Virus record (IMG/VR): IMGVR_UViG_3300037312_000757
Length of the DNA: 64,000 nt
From: a virus
Lineage: Duplodnaviria > Heunggongvirae > Uroviricota > Caudoviricetes
Strand: one strand, 5' to 3'
Shown here in pieces: positions 20,287 to 30,720 of this stretch (positions within the stretch are counted from its first letter, which is position 1; each line of letters opens with the position of its first letter). A program made the translations under genes and the position numbers. The notes beneath the pieces were generated by a model. It worked only from the letters and a program-made list of their open reading frames with translations. It was not told the DNA's origin and made no database searches.

Positions 20287-20314
20287 AAAAGGGCTCCCGT
20301 TTGGGAGCCCTTTT
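20287..20314. terminator. Bidirectional intrinsic terminator
   Basis: AAAAGGGCTCCC-gttt-GGGAGCCCTTTT. Confidence 0.8.
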
Positions 20315-20331
20315 CTAGTTAGGAGAACTTA

Positions 20332-20826
20332 TTACCAGCTGATTGCCATGACCGTTGCTGAGTCAGTAGCGGACATGATCTGATTGATGAGATCTTGCTT
20401 CTTTGTGAGGATGGCATTTACGCCTGTGAAGAGGTCAGCACCTGCTTGTTGAATCTGTGGAATGCCGTGCTGAAGATAAGCCCAGACGCCGCTTGAATTT
20501 TGCACTAGCATTGGCATTGTAGTTTGACCTTGCAATTGTGGCAGCATTGATGCGGCTACGACTGAATTGTAATGTACCATGTCTGAGTCTTCGCCTGAAT
20601 ATGTGTATGTTGAACCCAGTGCATTTGACGTGATACCAGCTGCTTTCGCAGTGTCTGCAGCAGAAACGATGATGCCATATTTGTATTGCTGCGCGTCTGC
20701 CAGAGCGATTGGTTCTGGAGTATTACCATCAGCCAACCAAGCTTGGTAATCACCGTTTGAAACGTCTACGTATGAACCATCGGTCAGATTGATGACGGTA
20801 TTTTGATCGGTCGTAAGTTGGTACAT
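20332..20826 (-). CDS. Tail fibre assembly chaperone (DUF4376-like), paralogue of 16986..17555
   Basis: MYQLTTD, DYQAWLADGNTPEP, GITSNALG, W.YL.H...QIQQ.G.D. Confidence 0.75.
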   Translation of the reverse strand: MYQLTTDQNTVINLTDGSYVDVSNGDYQAWLADGNTPEPIALADAQQYKYGIIVSAADTAKAAGITSNALGSTYTYSGEDSDMVHYNSVVAASMLPQLQGQTTMPMLVQNSSGVWAYLQHGIPQIQQAGADLFTGVNAILTKKQDLINQIMSATDSATVMAISW

Positions 20827-20883
20827 GATATTCCTTAAAAGTTTGTGGCTTCGAGAGCCTCATCTATTTAAACTAATGAATGA

Positions 20884-20909
20884 AAAGAGCGATCATTCGA
20901 TCGCTCTTT
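20884..20909. terminator. Intrinsic terminator
   Basis: AAAGAGCGATC-attc-GATCGCTCTTT; same stem as 25911-25937. Confidence 0.8.
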
Positions 20910-20924
20910 GAAAGTAAGCTCTGT

Positions 20925-23900
20925 TTACTGGTTAGGGAATGCGCTTGATGGAACTGTGAAGTTACTTGTGTATCGAGCGACACCGTTTGTGATACGGAAA
21001 TCATCGATATAGCCATTCCACGGAGAACCACCCGCAGAATAGTTCTGAGACGTACCACCAACAATGAATGGACCTGAGTTGTACAACAGTGATCCACTCA
21101 ATGTACCGGTGGCCACGCTAGTGCCATTCAAATACATTGTGAACGTATTACCGTTTCTAACGACGGCAATATGATACCATGTACCAAGTGTAAGAGTTGG
21201 TGTATTCAACTGCAGAGGCCAAGAACCCGATGCGGTTGTTGCATAGAATGACAGAATATTCGTCGCACTATATTGCATTTCGCATTGAGTATATTCAGTA
21301 GAAGCATTTCGCTTACCAAACAAACCACCAGAAGCCACAGACGCTGACGCATTGAACCAACATTCGACGGTGAAGTTGTTTGAATAGAAGTTCAGATGTG
21401 GTGCATCTGCCAGCCACAAACCACTGTTTGAACCATCGAAATACATAGCAGAACTACCGTATTTTACTTGTGTGGTTGATACCTTAGTATTGCCTACCGT
21501 TGCCACATCGTTTTGCATTGCATTGTCGATCACACCCGTAGCACTTGCTGATTGCGCTTGATACAGAAGAACTGTATTTGGCACGTTTGTTGCTGGTGTT
21601 GTGCTTGGTGTAAAATTAGCAGTGTACAAAGCAGTACCGTTCACAATGCGAACATCCGTCATGTAACCTGCTGTATATTCGTTGATAGAACCAGAAGCGT
21701 TGCTTACGCCGATATACAGAGGGTTTGATGAAGTATTGTTGAGCGTACCACTAATAGAACTAGTTGTTGTATCTTGGACACCATTTACGAAAATACGTGC
21801 TACTGTGCCCTTTCGAGTAATAGCAACGTGATTCCAAGCGCCTGGAATAACCTTAGCAGTTGTACCAGTAAAACCAGTATTTGTTCCCCCAATACCGTAT
21901 GAGAACGCAATGAAACCAGAAGTGGTTACTTCAATACGGAATGCACACGCAGTTGCGGTGCCAGATGTCCAATAGGACATGTGGCTGGTAGTCGCCGCAA
22001 TAGACTTCTGATACACCCAGTATTCGATAGTAAAGTCATCAGTAAACTGATAGCTAGTGCTGTTTGGTGCTGTCAAATAACCCGTTGAACCATCGAGATA
22101 CAGTGAACCTCCATATGCTGTTGCATTATATGGTGTTGCATTATCACCGAATGGATTGAAACGTGTAACTGCCATACTTCCTGATGGGGTAATTGCCCAA
22201 GCATTCGTTGACGTATCAACAAAACTGTTTGATTGGCAAGTCAACAAGTTGGTACCTGTAATCGCAGTAAGTGGTGCTTTAGATGGTGTAAATGCTGATG
22301 TGTAAACTTGAGAACCAAATACCACACGCAAGTTGCTGATGTAACCTTGCCAAGCAGGGTTTGTGCCAGTGTTGTTGTTACCAATAGCAGCTGATCCAGT
22401 TCCAACGAACATGTTCGTAACACCGTGGCTCATAGAGCCACCACTCGTTCCATTGAACCAAAAGTTTGTAACACCAGAGCCACCAACCTGCGTAATTGCA
22501 AAGTGATTCCATGTACCAGCAGTCAGACTAATGTTTGATGAATTCGCAGTTGCAATAGTTGTGCCATTACTTGAAACTTGGCAAAGAATTTGATATGCGC
22601 TGCCAGTATATTGAACACCCCAAGCTAATTCAAAATTGCTGGTGCCAGTTCTTCCTTTTTGCCAAATAACAAATTCACCATTTGAACCTGTCGTTGTTGG
22701 TAATGTGGTAAAGTTAACCCAGCATTCTATCGCGAACGTCTGGTTTGCCATACCAGCAGATGTGGAAGCTCCATATGTCAAATACGACACAGGAGATGAA
22801 GCCAAAGAGGTTGACCAGTTTGTACCATAAGGAGTGAATGTTCCTTCAGCTGTTGGTGTACCAGTCTTTGTCAATGCAGTAGATGTGATAGCTGATGAAG
22901 AAAACGTAGCTGATAACCCCGTATTTGCGGCACCGTTTGAACCATCACCATGAATCAACATTGAAACGTAGTTGAAGTATGGATCGGTTGCCATACTGTT
23001 GCCAAAGGCAGTTGATGATGGTGTAAAGTTGGCCGTGTAACGTGCGATGCCATTTGTGACGCGTACTTCATCAATATAGCCGTTGAAGGTCCACAATGCA
23101 CCGCCAGAGGTACCAGTTACACCAATAACCGTTGGTGCAACCTGAGTCATCAAATTGCCACTATATGAAGCAGAACCGATGGAAACACCATCAAGGTAGA
23201 GCGTGACTGTTCTGTTGTTGCTGACCGCAGCTACGTGGTGCCATGCATTCGCGCTAGGAGCAGTTGAACCACTTAGCTGGAAAGCCCAGCTACCACCTGT
23301 AGAACACCAAACTTGCAAACTACCACCATTTAGAGTAAACAGAACAGGGGCATAGTCGGTACTGGTATTTGCTCGTGTTGACAGAATACCACCACTAATG
23401 TTTGCTGCTGCTGGATAGATCCAAGCTTCTACTGTCCAGTTCGGTCCGAATGGCACCGCTTCAGAAACTGGCATCTGGAGGAAGTTCGTTGATGTACCGT
23501 TGAATGACAGACTACCACCGCCAAACTTGGATTGTGCTGTGCTAATTTGCGCAATGCCTTGTGTTACGACGTTCTGTTGTACTGCTGAATCGTAAATGCC
23601 TGACGTACGAGCAGTTGAACCGTTATACAAGAAAACTGTGTTTGTGGTTGCGGTTAATGGTGCTGTATTCGGTGTAAATGCTGCGGTGTACAGAGCGGTG
23701 CCGTTCACAATACGAACGTCAGTCATATAACCGTTGAAATAATTGAATGGTGATGCATAGCGAGCACCAATAGTTGTTGTTGTTCCAACCGTATATACCG
23801 TTGAATCTGTTGCAGACGCTACCAGCTTTCCATTGATGAACATGCGATTGGTCGCCCCTTGACGTGAATATGCAACATGGTTCCACGTATATTTTGGCAA

Positions 23901-25688
23901 ATCGGTCGATGATACATCCGTTAGAACAGCCGTAGAACCATAGCCCCAGCTCAACGTTCCTGATGTTGCATTAAGGCCAATACCAAAATACCAGCCATTT
24001 GTAGCAGAGGCAGAGCGAGAATCAATTATAAACGTGGTCAATCCAGATTGTGGAACATTCAGATAAATCCATGCCTCAACCGTAAAATCACCAGAAAAAG
24101 CCACGTTGCTTCCTGCCGATGAAGTCAAATAACCAGTAGAGCCATCAAACCATGCTGAATTGCCGGTTGATGCAACCGGAGCAGAACCAGCAACCGTACT
24201 GAAAGGGTTGAAACGTAATACTGGAACCGAACCCGTTGTGGTAAAGGAAAATGCGTTTGAACTGTTATCAACCACACTTCCATTCTGCAGTGTCAACAGT
24301 GATGTACCACTTACGGCTGTCAATGGACCTGTTGGTGGTGTGAATGCCGATGTGTAAAGAGCGGTACCTTTCACAACACGGAAGTTTGACATATAACCCA
24401 TGATACCATATTGAGTTCCCAATACGGCTTGACCGATCATACATGGCTGATTTGAGCCCAAATCATCTTGGTTAGAGCTTGTGCCTACTTGAGTACCATT
24501 TTTGAACAGACGCCAAACACCTGAAGCATCACGCGTCAGGGCTACGTGATACCATACACCAATAGTCATTGCTGTAGCATCAGAGACCACATTGTTTGCT
24601 GGGCCATCGAAATATGAAAGATGTCCAGTTCCATCAACACGGAATGTCAGTGCTGTACTTGTGCCACCAGTGCGAAGATCACAAATATCACCAATATTTG
24701 AATTGAACGCGGTGTTATTGATCCAACATTCAATCGTAAATGCACCAGTACCGAAACCAAATGCGGTGCTTGATGCTACAGTCAAATTGGTACCACCACC
24801 TGCAAAATATGCGGACCAATCGTTACCACCAGTGAGGTTGTCTGCAAATGGCCCTGGACGCATAGTTTGTGGCGAACCACTAACGGTCAACGTGGCGGCA
24901 TTGGTACTATTGTCAACGAAATAGCTGTTCTGGCACGTCAGAAGACTCGTGCCACTTACGGCTGTCAATGGACCAGTAGGAGGTGTAAATGCAGCGGTGT
25001 AAAGCGCTGTTCCCTTTACCACTCGAACGTTGGAAATATTACCAGCAACCCAGGTTGACGTATTATCAATCGTTTGTCCGATGCGAACTGTTTGTGTTGA
25101 GCCTAAATCGTCTACCGCAGTAGTTGTTGCTACTTGAGCCCCGTTTTTGAACAGACGCCATACTCCGCTTGCATCTCTAGTCAAAGCGATATGATACCAT
25201 TGACCAAGAGCTAATGCTGTTGTGTCTGTTACAGTTGCATTATTTGGACCGTCATAGAAATATAGTTGGTTGCTGGTGTTAATGGCGATTGCTGTACCTT
25301 GATGTGCGCTTGGGGTTGTTCGCACGTCAATAATACCGCCATAGGTTGATGTGTTTGTGGCAGTTTGCAAAAACCAACATTCAATTGTAAACGCACCTGT
25401 ACCAAAACCAAATGCAGTAGATGCGGCTAGAGAAAGATAATTTGTACCACTACTTGAAAAAAATGTGGACCAATTTGAACCGTAAGGTGAGAATGAACCT
25501 TCGGTCATTGTGCCATTTTTGGTAACATATGGTGAGCTTGATGCAACAAATGTATTGTTCGCAGCGTTGTTTGTGCCATCACCGTGCAAAAGTGCTGCCA
25601 CATTGCTGAAGTTGGCATCTGTTGGAGTGGTTCCGCCACCGCCACCAAGAGTGCCTTTGACCGCAGCCATGAGTAGTTGATTGCTCAT
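20925..25688 (-). CDS. Giant LamG/concanavalin A-like lectin repeat virion protein (7 LamG modules)
   Basis: 1587 aa; repeated FTIE[AC]W...W.H.A..R...F.NG...GY..D.R...G.ALY motifs. Confidence 0.9.
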   Translation of the reverse strand: MSNQLLMAAVKGTLGGGGGTTPTDANFSNVAALLHGDGTNNAANNTFVASSSPYVTKNGTMTEGSFSPYGSNWSTFFSSSGTNYLSLAASTAFGFGTGAFTIECWFLQTATNTSTYGGIIDVRTTPSAHQGTAIAINTSNQLYFYDGPNNATVTDTTALALGQWYHIALTRDASGVWRLFKNGAQVATTTAVDDLGSTQTVRIGQTIDNTSTWVAGNISNVRVVKGTALYTAAFTPPTGPLTAVSGTSLLTCQNSYFVDNSTNAATLTVSGSPQTMRPGPFADNLTGGNDWSAYFAGGGTNLTVASSTAFGFGTGAFTIECWINNTAFNSNIGDICDLRTGGTSTALTFRVDGTGHLSYFDGPANNVVSDATAMTIGVWYHVALTRDASGVWRLFKNGTQVGTSSNQDDLGSNQPCMIGQAVLGTQYGIMGYMSNFRVVKGTALYTSAFTPPTGPLTAVSGTSLLTLQNGSVVDNSSNAFSFTTTGSVPVLRFNPFSTVAGSAPVASTGNSAWFDGSTGYLTSSAGSNVAFSGDFTVEAWIYLNVPQSGLTTFIIDSRSASATNGWYFGIGLNATSGTLSWGYGSTAVLTDVSSTDLPKYTWNHVAYSRQGATNRMFINGKLVASATDSTVYTVGTTTTIGARYASPFNYFNGYMTDVRIVNGTALYTAAFTPNTAPLTATTNTVFLYNGSTARTSGIYDSAVQQNVVTQGIAQISTAQSKFGGGSLSFNGTSTNFLQMPVSEAVPFGPNWTVEAWIYPAAANISGGILSTRANTSTDYAPVLFTLNGGSLQVWCSTGGSWAFQLSGSTAPSANAWHHVAAVSNNRTVTLYLDGVSIGSASYSGNLMTQVAPTVIGVTGTSGGALWTFNGYIDEVRVTNGIARYTANFTPSSTAFGNSMATDPYFNYVSMLIHGDGSNGAANTGLSATFSSSAITSTALTKTGTPTAEGTFTPYGTNWSTSLASSPVSYLTYGASTSAGMANQTFAIECWVNFTTLPTTTGSNGEFVIWQKGRTGTSNFELAWGVQYTGSAYQILCQVSSNGTTIATANSSNISLTAGTWNHFAITQVGGSGVTNFWFNGTSGGSMSHGVTNMFVGTGSAAIGNNNTGTNPAWQGYISNLRVVFGSQVYTSAFTPSKAPLTAITGTNLLTCQSNSFVDTSTNAWAITPSGSMAVTRFNPFGDNATPYNATAYGGSLYLDGSTGYLTAPNSTSYQFTDDFTIEYWVYQKSIAATTSHMSYWTSGTATACAFRIEVTTSGFIAFSYGIGGTNTGFTGTTAKVIPGAWNHVAITRKGTVARIFVNGVQDTTTSSISGTLNNTSSNPLYIGVSNASGSINEYTAGYMTDVRIVNGTALYTANFTPSTTPATNVPNTVLLYQAQSASATGVIDNAMQNDVATVGNTKVSTTQVKYGSSAMYFDGSNSGLWLADAPHLNFYSNNFTVECWFNASASVASGGLFGKRNASTEYTQCEMQYSATNILSFYATTASGSWPLQLNTPTLTLGTWYHIAVVRNGNTFTMYLNGTSVATGTLSGSLLYNSGPFIVGGTSQNYSAGGSPWNGYIDDFRITNGVARYTSNFTVPSSAFPNQ

Positions 25689-25910
25689 TTGAAATTCCTT
25701 CCTAGATATGAAATGGGCCCGTAGAAGAACTACGAGCCCTCTTTCATGGATTTATTACCAACCCTGTGTCAACGTTAAGGACGGTATTCTATTCCGTAGT
25801 GAGTTGGTACATCGTAATTCATTTAAATCACTGCCCTTTTGAGCTACTACTATTTACACTACAAAAGCATGCGTCTAAAAAGTATGTATTACATAATGAT
25901 TACCAAATAA

Positions 25911-25937
25911 AAAGAGCGATCTTTTCGATCGCTCTTT
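25911..25937. terminator. Intrinsic terminator
   Basis: AAAGAGCGATC-ttttc-GATCGCTCTTT. Confidence 0.8.
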
Positions 25938-25954
25938 TTGATAGTAAGGGAAAC

Positions 25955-28900
25955 TTACTGGTTAGGGAATGCTGTTGTTGGAGGAGTAAAGTTGGCTGTA
26001 TATCGGGCTAGACCGTATGTAATACGGAAATCTTGTCCAAAACCATTTAGAACATAATCAGTACCTGTTGTGAACGTGGTACTACTAGCTCCTACAACTA
26101 ATGGCGCAACTGGATTCATAAGAGCCGCACTTGTTGTGAGGGTTGCAATCGAAGTACCGTTTAGATAAAGTGTGATTGTAGAACCATTTCGAACTACGGC
26201 AACATGGAACCATGAACTCAAAGGGATACTAGCAGTAGATACAACGTCTAAGTCCCAAGAGCTTCCTGTCGTAGATCCAGCCATTTCGAATTGACCTTGG
26301 TTTGTTCCCAAATATATAGGTGAATATTGAGCGACTGCACTACGATAGGCAAAAAAACCATCATGGTTTGGGTTGGTTGAACTAACACCATTCACATAAA
26401 ACCATCCTTCAATAGTAAAGTTTCTTGAACCGAGTGGCATATTTTCTGTTCCTTTAAGCGCCACCATTCCTGTATGAGTTCCGGTCGATGTCGCAAACTG
26501 AATGGAACTACCACCAAATTTGTACTTTGATGTACTAATTTGGGCACCTAGTGTTTCAACAAGCTGTTGCATGGCATTGTCATATATACCAGCATTTTGT
26601 GCCTTGTATAAGAAGTTAGTACCAATGTTTGCAGTCAATGGCGTAGTTGGCGGTGTAAATGTTGCGGTATACAACGCGCGCCCATTCGTAATTCTCAAAT
26701 CTGAAATATAACCATTGAAATAAGTGGATGTACCATTAATTGATTGACCAATCAAAAGTGGCTGGCTAGAACCCACGTTGTCTGCTGCTGTACTTGTTTG
26801 AACCTGGCTACCATTTTTGAATAATCGCCATATACCGAATGCATCTCTTGTTAATGCGACATGGTACCAAGTATTTAACGATAGTGCCGTTGTATCGCTA
26901 TATGTTGTATTGTTAGGACCATCATAATAATACAAATGACCAGTGCTATCGATTGAAACTGATAATGCTGTTGAACTTACCGATGCTCTTAAATCGACAA
27001 TCGCACCATTATTAGGACAAAATGCATTTACATATACCCAGGCTTCAATTGTAAATGCACCAGTACCAAATCCAAATTGAGCTGATGACGCATAACTCAA
27101 ATTGCTACCTGAACCAGCAAACCAACATGAACCGCCATATGTTGTGGTTGAATATGGGGTTGCATTATCACCGAATGGATTAAAACGAGTTTTAATCATT
27201 GGACCATTTGCAGTAATTGCCCAAGCATTAGGTGAATTATCAATATAGGTGCTTGATTGGCAAGTAAGAACATTTGTACCAGTAATGGCTGTTAGCGGCG
27301 CCGAAGATGGTGTGAAGGTGGATGTATACACTTGGGAACCAAACACAACACGAATATTGCTAATATAACCCTGCCATGTTGGGTTAGTACCTGTGCTGTT
27401 ATTGCCAATTGCGGCTAATCCTGTCCCCACAAACATATTGGCAATGCCGTGGCTCATAGAACTAGCACTTTGACCATTAAACCAAAAATTGGTAGTACCT
27501 GAACCACCAACCTGCGTAATTGCAAAATGATTCCATGTTCCGGCTGTTAGGCTGATGTTAGAAGAATTGGCACTAGCAACGGTTGTGCCATTACCAGATA
27601 CTTGGCATAGTATTTGATATCCACTACCTGTATTTTGAACACCCCAGGCCAATTCAAAATTCGATGTTCCTGTTCTACCTTTTTGCCAAATTACAAATTC
27701 ACCATTTGACCCTGTAGTTGTTGGTAATGAATCAAACATCACCCAAGCTTCCATGGTAAATGTTTGATTTGCTGGGCCGGCCGATGTTGATGCTCCATAT
27801 GTCAAATATGATGAAGTGGAGGTCGATGACAAGAAATCCGACCAATTAGATCCATATGGAGTAAATGAGCCTTCTGTCAACGTACCAGCTCTGGTTAGAG
27901 ACAACGAACTTTGTGGCATAGTTGCCACAGCAACACTATTGTTATATGCATTTTGGCCAGTACCATGAATTAATAATGCTACATAATTGAAATATGGATC
28001 ACTAGAAATACTATTTGGAAATGCACTGGTTGGCGCAGTAAAGGTGGCCGTGTAACGTGCAACCCCAATAGTGATGCGTGCTTCTGTTATATAACCAGTA
28101 AACGGTAAACCGGTTGATAGTGAATCAGCACCAATCGTGAAGTTGTCGCCCGTTCCGACACCAATCGAACCAGTTAGAGTTGTTGACCCAGCCAAGGTAC
28201 CATTTACAAACAAATATAGAGTAGATCCTGAACGTGTAGCTGCAACGTGTGACCAAGCATTAACTGTTGGTGACGTAGATGATGTAAAATCAGATGAGTT
28301 ATTCCAATGGAATCCCAATTTACCAGCATTTAGATAAAAGAGCCAATCGGTGTTCACTCCGTTCTTTTGAATACCTAAAATCTGGCCGGACTGACTAGAA
28401 GCAGTTGGGTAAATCCAAGCTTCTACCGTGAAGTTGGATGAATTCAACTGCAATGCTGACCCAGGTGTTCTCAAACTAGGATATACACTATTTGTAAGTG
28501 TACCATTGAAATACATTGATGAGCTGCTGAATTTGGCTTGGGCATTGCTTATTTGAGCAGTACCAATTGTTTGGATATCTTGTTGCATGGCATTATCGTA
28601 AATGCCAATAGAGCCACCACTTTGTGCATTATACAATAATGTTGTATTTGTGACTGATGATAATGGGGCGGTATTTACTGTAAAATTACCTGTATACAAA
28701 GCCGTACCATTTACAATTCGCACATCAGACATATAGCCAGAAAAATATTTCTGAGCGGTGAAACTAGAATTATTATTGTCTGCCCCAATAAACAAAGGTT
28801 GTGGCGAATTATTGAACGAACCAGAAGCTGTTGCGGTAGTCGCATCTTGTATACCATTAACGAACAAACGAATAGTGGATCCTTGACGAGTTACAGCAAT

Positions 28901-30043
28901 ATGGTTCCAAGCATTAAAGGACATTTTGGCTGTTGTGCCGGTCACACCAGAATTGGAAGATCCAATTCCATATGAAAGGCTAAGGAAATTACCAGAATTA
29001 CCAAAAAGGAAGGCACAAGAGGAGGCTACACCAAAATCCCAATAACTTACAAAGGAAACTGATGACGACGATGTTGGATATATCCATGCCTCTATAGTGA
29101 AATCACCAGTAAATTGATAATTGGTGCTTGAAGGAGCAGTCAAATATCCGGATGATCCATCAAACCATGCTGATCCACCATATGTTGATATGCCATAAGA
29201 TGTTCCATTGTCACCGAAAGGATTAAAGCGTTGAGCCTTAACAGTGCCATTTGCCGTTACTGAATATGAATTTGAGCTTTTATCAAGTATAGCGTTTGAC
29301 TGGCATGTCAAAAGAACAGTATTTGTGACAGCAGTTAATGGTGAAGTTGAAGGTGTAAAAGCTGCGGTATACAGAGCTGTGCCATTCACAACACGCAAGT
29401 TACTTATAAATCCATTCCAAAAGTTGGCGACGCTATATCTAGCACCAATAGTGGTAGTAATTCCGGCCACATAATTGGTTGAATCAGTAACGGTTGAAAC
29501 TACAGAGCCGTTAACAAACAGTTTACCAGTGGTACCATGGCGTGAATATGCCACATGCGTCCATGTTCCAACTGGAATATCGGTAGACGACGGATCTGAA
29601 GTAATATTTCCAGCATTATTACCCCAGCTCAAACCCGTAGCGCTATTTAACGCTGTACCAAAGTACCAACTAGTAGTTTGTGCTGAAGTACGAGAATCGA
29701 TAATGAACATAGGCGTTGTCTGCGCAGTCAGCAAAAATACCCAACATTCAACTGTGAAATCGTTAGTACCAAATGCTAATGAACTTCCAGTTGGCGCAGT
29801 CAAATAACCAGTTGAACCGTCAAATTGATTGCTCCAATTTGAGCCGTATGGTGTAAATGTACCCTCTGTTGTACCATTTCTTGATAAAACAGAGACGCTG
29901 GTGGCCACTGATGTGTTATTGGCTGCCGTATTCGAGCCATTTCCATGTATCAACGCCGATACATAATTGAAATTGGCGTCTGTTGGGGCAGAATTTCCAC
30001 TACCTTTTTGTCCAGATGCCATCAAAAGTTTTAAATTACTCAT
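25955..30043 (-). CDS. Giant LamG/concanavalin A-like lectin repeat virion protein (6 LamG modules), paralogue
   Basis: 1362 aa; similar N-terminus (PTDANFNYVSALIHG) and C-terminus (ARYTANFTPPTTAFPNQ) to 20925..25688. Confidence 0.9.
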   Translation of the reverse strand: MSNLKLLMASGQKGSGNSAPTDANFNYVSALIHGNGSNTAANNTSVATSVSVLSRNGTTEGTFTPYGSNWSNQFDGSTGYLTAPTGSSLAFGTNDFTVECWVFLLTAQTTPMFIIDSRTSAQTTSWYFGTALNSATGLSWGNNAGNITSDPSSTDIPVGTWTHVAYSRHGTTGKLFVNGSVVSTVTDSTNYVAGITTTIGARYSVANFWNGFISNLRVVNGTALYTAAFTPSTSPLTAVTNTVLLTCQSNAILDKSSNSYSVTANGTVKAQRFNPFGDNGTSYGISTYGGSAWFDGSSGYLTAPSSTNYQFTGDFTIEAWIYPTSSSSVSFVSYWDFGVASSCAFLFGNSGNFLSLSYGIGSSNSGVTGTTAKMSFNAWNHIAVTRQGSTIRLFVNGIQDATTATASGSFNNSPQPLFIGADNNNSSFTAQKYFSGYMSDVRIVNGTALYTGNFTVNTAPLSSVTNTTLLYNAQSGGSIGIYDNAMQQDIQTIGTAQISNAQAKFSSSSMYFNGTLTNSVYPSLRTPGSALQLNSSNFTVEAWIYPTASSQSGQILGIQKNGVNTDWLFYLNAGKLGFHWNNSSDFTSSTSPTVNAWSHVAATRSGSTLYLFVNGTLAGSTTLTGSIGVGTGDNFTIGADSLSTGLPFTGYITEARITIGVARYTATFTAPTSAFPNSISSDPYFNYVALLIHGTGQNAYNNSVAVATMPQSSLSLTRAGTLTEGSFTPYGSNWSDFLSSTSTSSYLTYGASTSAGPANQTFTMEAWVMFDSLPTTTGSNGEFVIWQKGRTGTSNFELAWGVQNTGSGYQILCQVSGNGTTVASANSSNISLTAGTWNHFAITQVGGSGTTNFWFNGQSASSMSHGIANMFVGTGLAAIGNNSTGTNPTWQGYISNIRVVFGSQVYTSTFTPSSAPLTAITGTNVLTCQSSTYIDNSPNAWAITANGPMIKTRFNPFGDNATPYSTTTYGGSCWFAGSGSNLSYASSAQFGFGTGAFTIEAWVYVNAFCPNNGAIVDLRASVSSTALSVSIDSTGHLYYYDGPNNTTYSDTTALSLNTWYHVALTRDAFGIWRLFKNGSQVQTSTAADNVGSSQPLLIGQSINGTSTYFNGYISDLRITNGRALYTATFTPPTTPLTANIGTNFLYKAQNAGIYDNAMQQLVETLGAQISTSKYKFGGSSIQFATSTGTHTGMVALKGTENMPLGSRNFTIEGWFYVNGVSSTNPNHDGFFAYRSAVAQYSPIYLGTNQGQFEMAGSTTGSSWDLDVVSTASIPLSSWFHVAVVRNGSTITLYLNGTSIATLTTSAALMNPVAPLVVGASSTTFTTGTDYVLNGFGQDFRITYGLARYTANFTPPTTAFPNQ

Positions 30044-30098
30044 TGTTTCTCTCTAAAACCCATTGTGATGATAATTAGTTTGGTATTTATTGAATAGT

Positions 30099-30124
30099 AA
30101 AAGAGCCCCATTTGGGGCTCTTTA
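30099..30124. terminator. Bidirectional intrinsic terminator
   Basis: AAAAGAGCCCC-attt-GGGGCTCTTTT. Confidence 0.8.
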
Positions 30125-30140
30125 TTACTCAAAGAATGAT

Positions 30141-30710
30141 TTACCAGCCAGTTGAATAATCATAAGATGCAACAGCAGCTACAGTAGTTAAAGCCATAAT
30201 ATTGTCATGATGTGCTTTTTCATTTGTGAATGCACCTTGCACTTGCGTCTGGATTTGATCAATCAAAGCTTTTGCATCGCTAGGAGCCATACTCAACCAA
30301 CCATTAATACCTTTGAAGTCGATTGTGGCTGTACCATTTGAAACCACATTAAGAATTGACATAACATCAGAGTCAACTGGAATCGAAACACTATTGTAGA
30401 CAACAGGTTTATATGCAACTCCATATCGATAAGCCGCAACCTTATTCAACAAGATTTGTTGAGCTTGATCTAGTGGTAAATCTGTTTGAATCCAAGTTAT
30501 TGAATAGGTACCATCGGGATTCTGTGTTGGTGTACCTTGCGAGAATGATGAAAATTCAGACGTTGGGCAAGGAGTGAATAGTAATTCTGCTACCCCAAAG
30601 CCAGCAATATCTGCAGGTGAAAGAACTGCTGGGAATGAAACCAATGGATTGCGAGCACGGAATTCTTGCTCTGAAATTGGTTGCATCGTTGTTAAATCGA
30701 GTAAGTTCAT
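30141..30710 (-). CDS. Tail fibre assembly protein (DUF4376-like)
   Basis: FRARNPLVSFP, AAYRY, FKGINGW, QVQGAFTNE...W; follows a fibre gene. Confidence 0.7.
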   Translation of the reverse strand: MNLLDLTTMQPISEQEFRARNPLVSFPAVLSPADIAGFGVAELLFTPCPTSEFSSFSQGTPTQNPDGTYSITWIQTDLPLDQAQQILLNKVAAYRYGVAYKPVVYNSVSIPVDSDVMSILNVVSNGTATIDFKGINGWLSMAPSDAKALIDQIQTQVQGAFTNEKAHHDNIMALTTVAAVASYDYSTGW

Positions 30711-30720
30711 TTAGAAATCC

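Noticed and set aside
20925-30043. Invertase-driven fibre shufflon
   Set aside because: All cassettes are in the same orientation, with no recombinase gene or inverted crossover sites seen.
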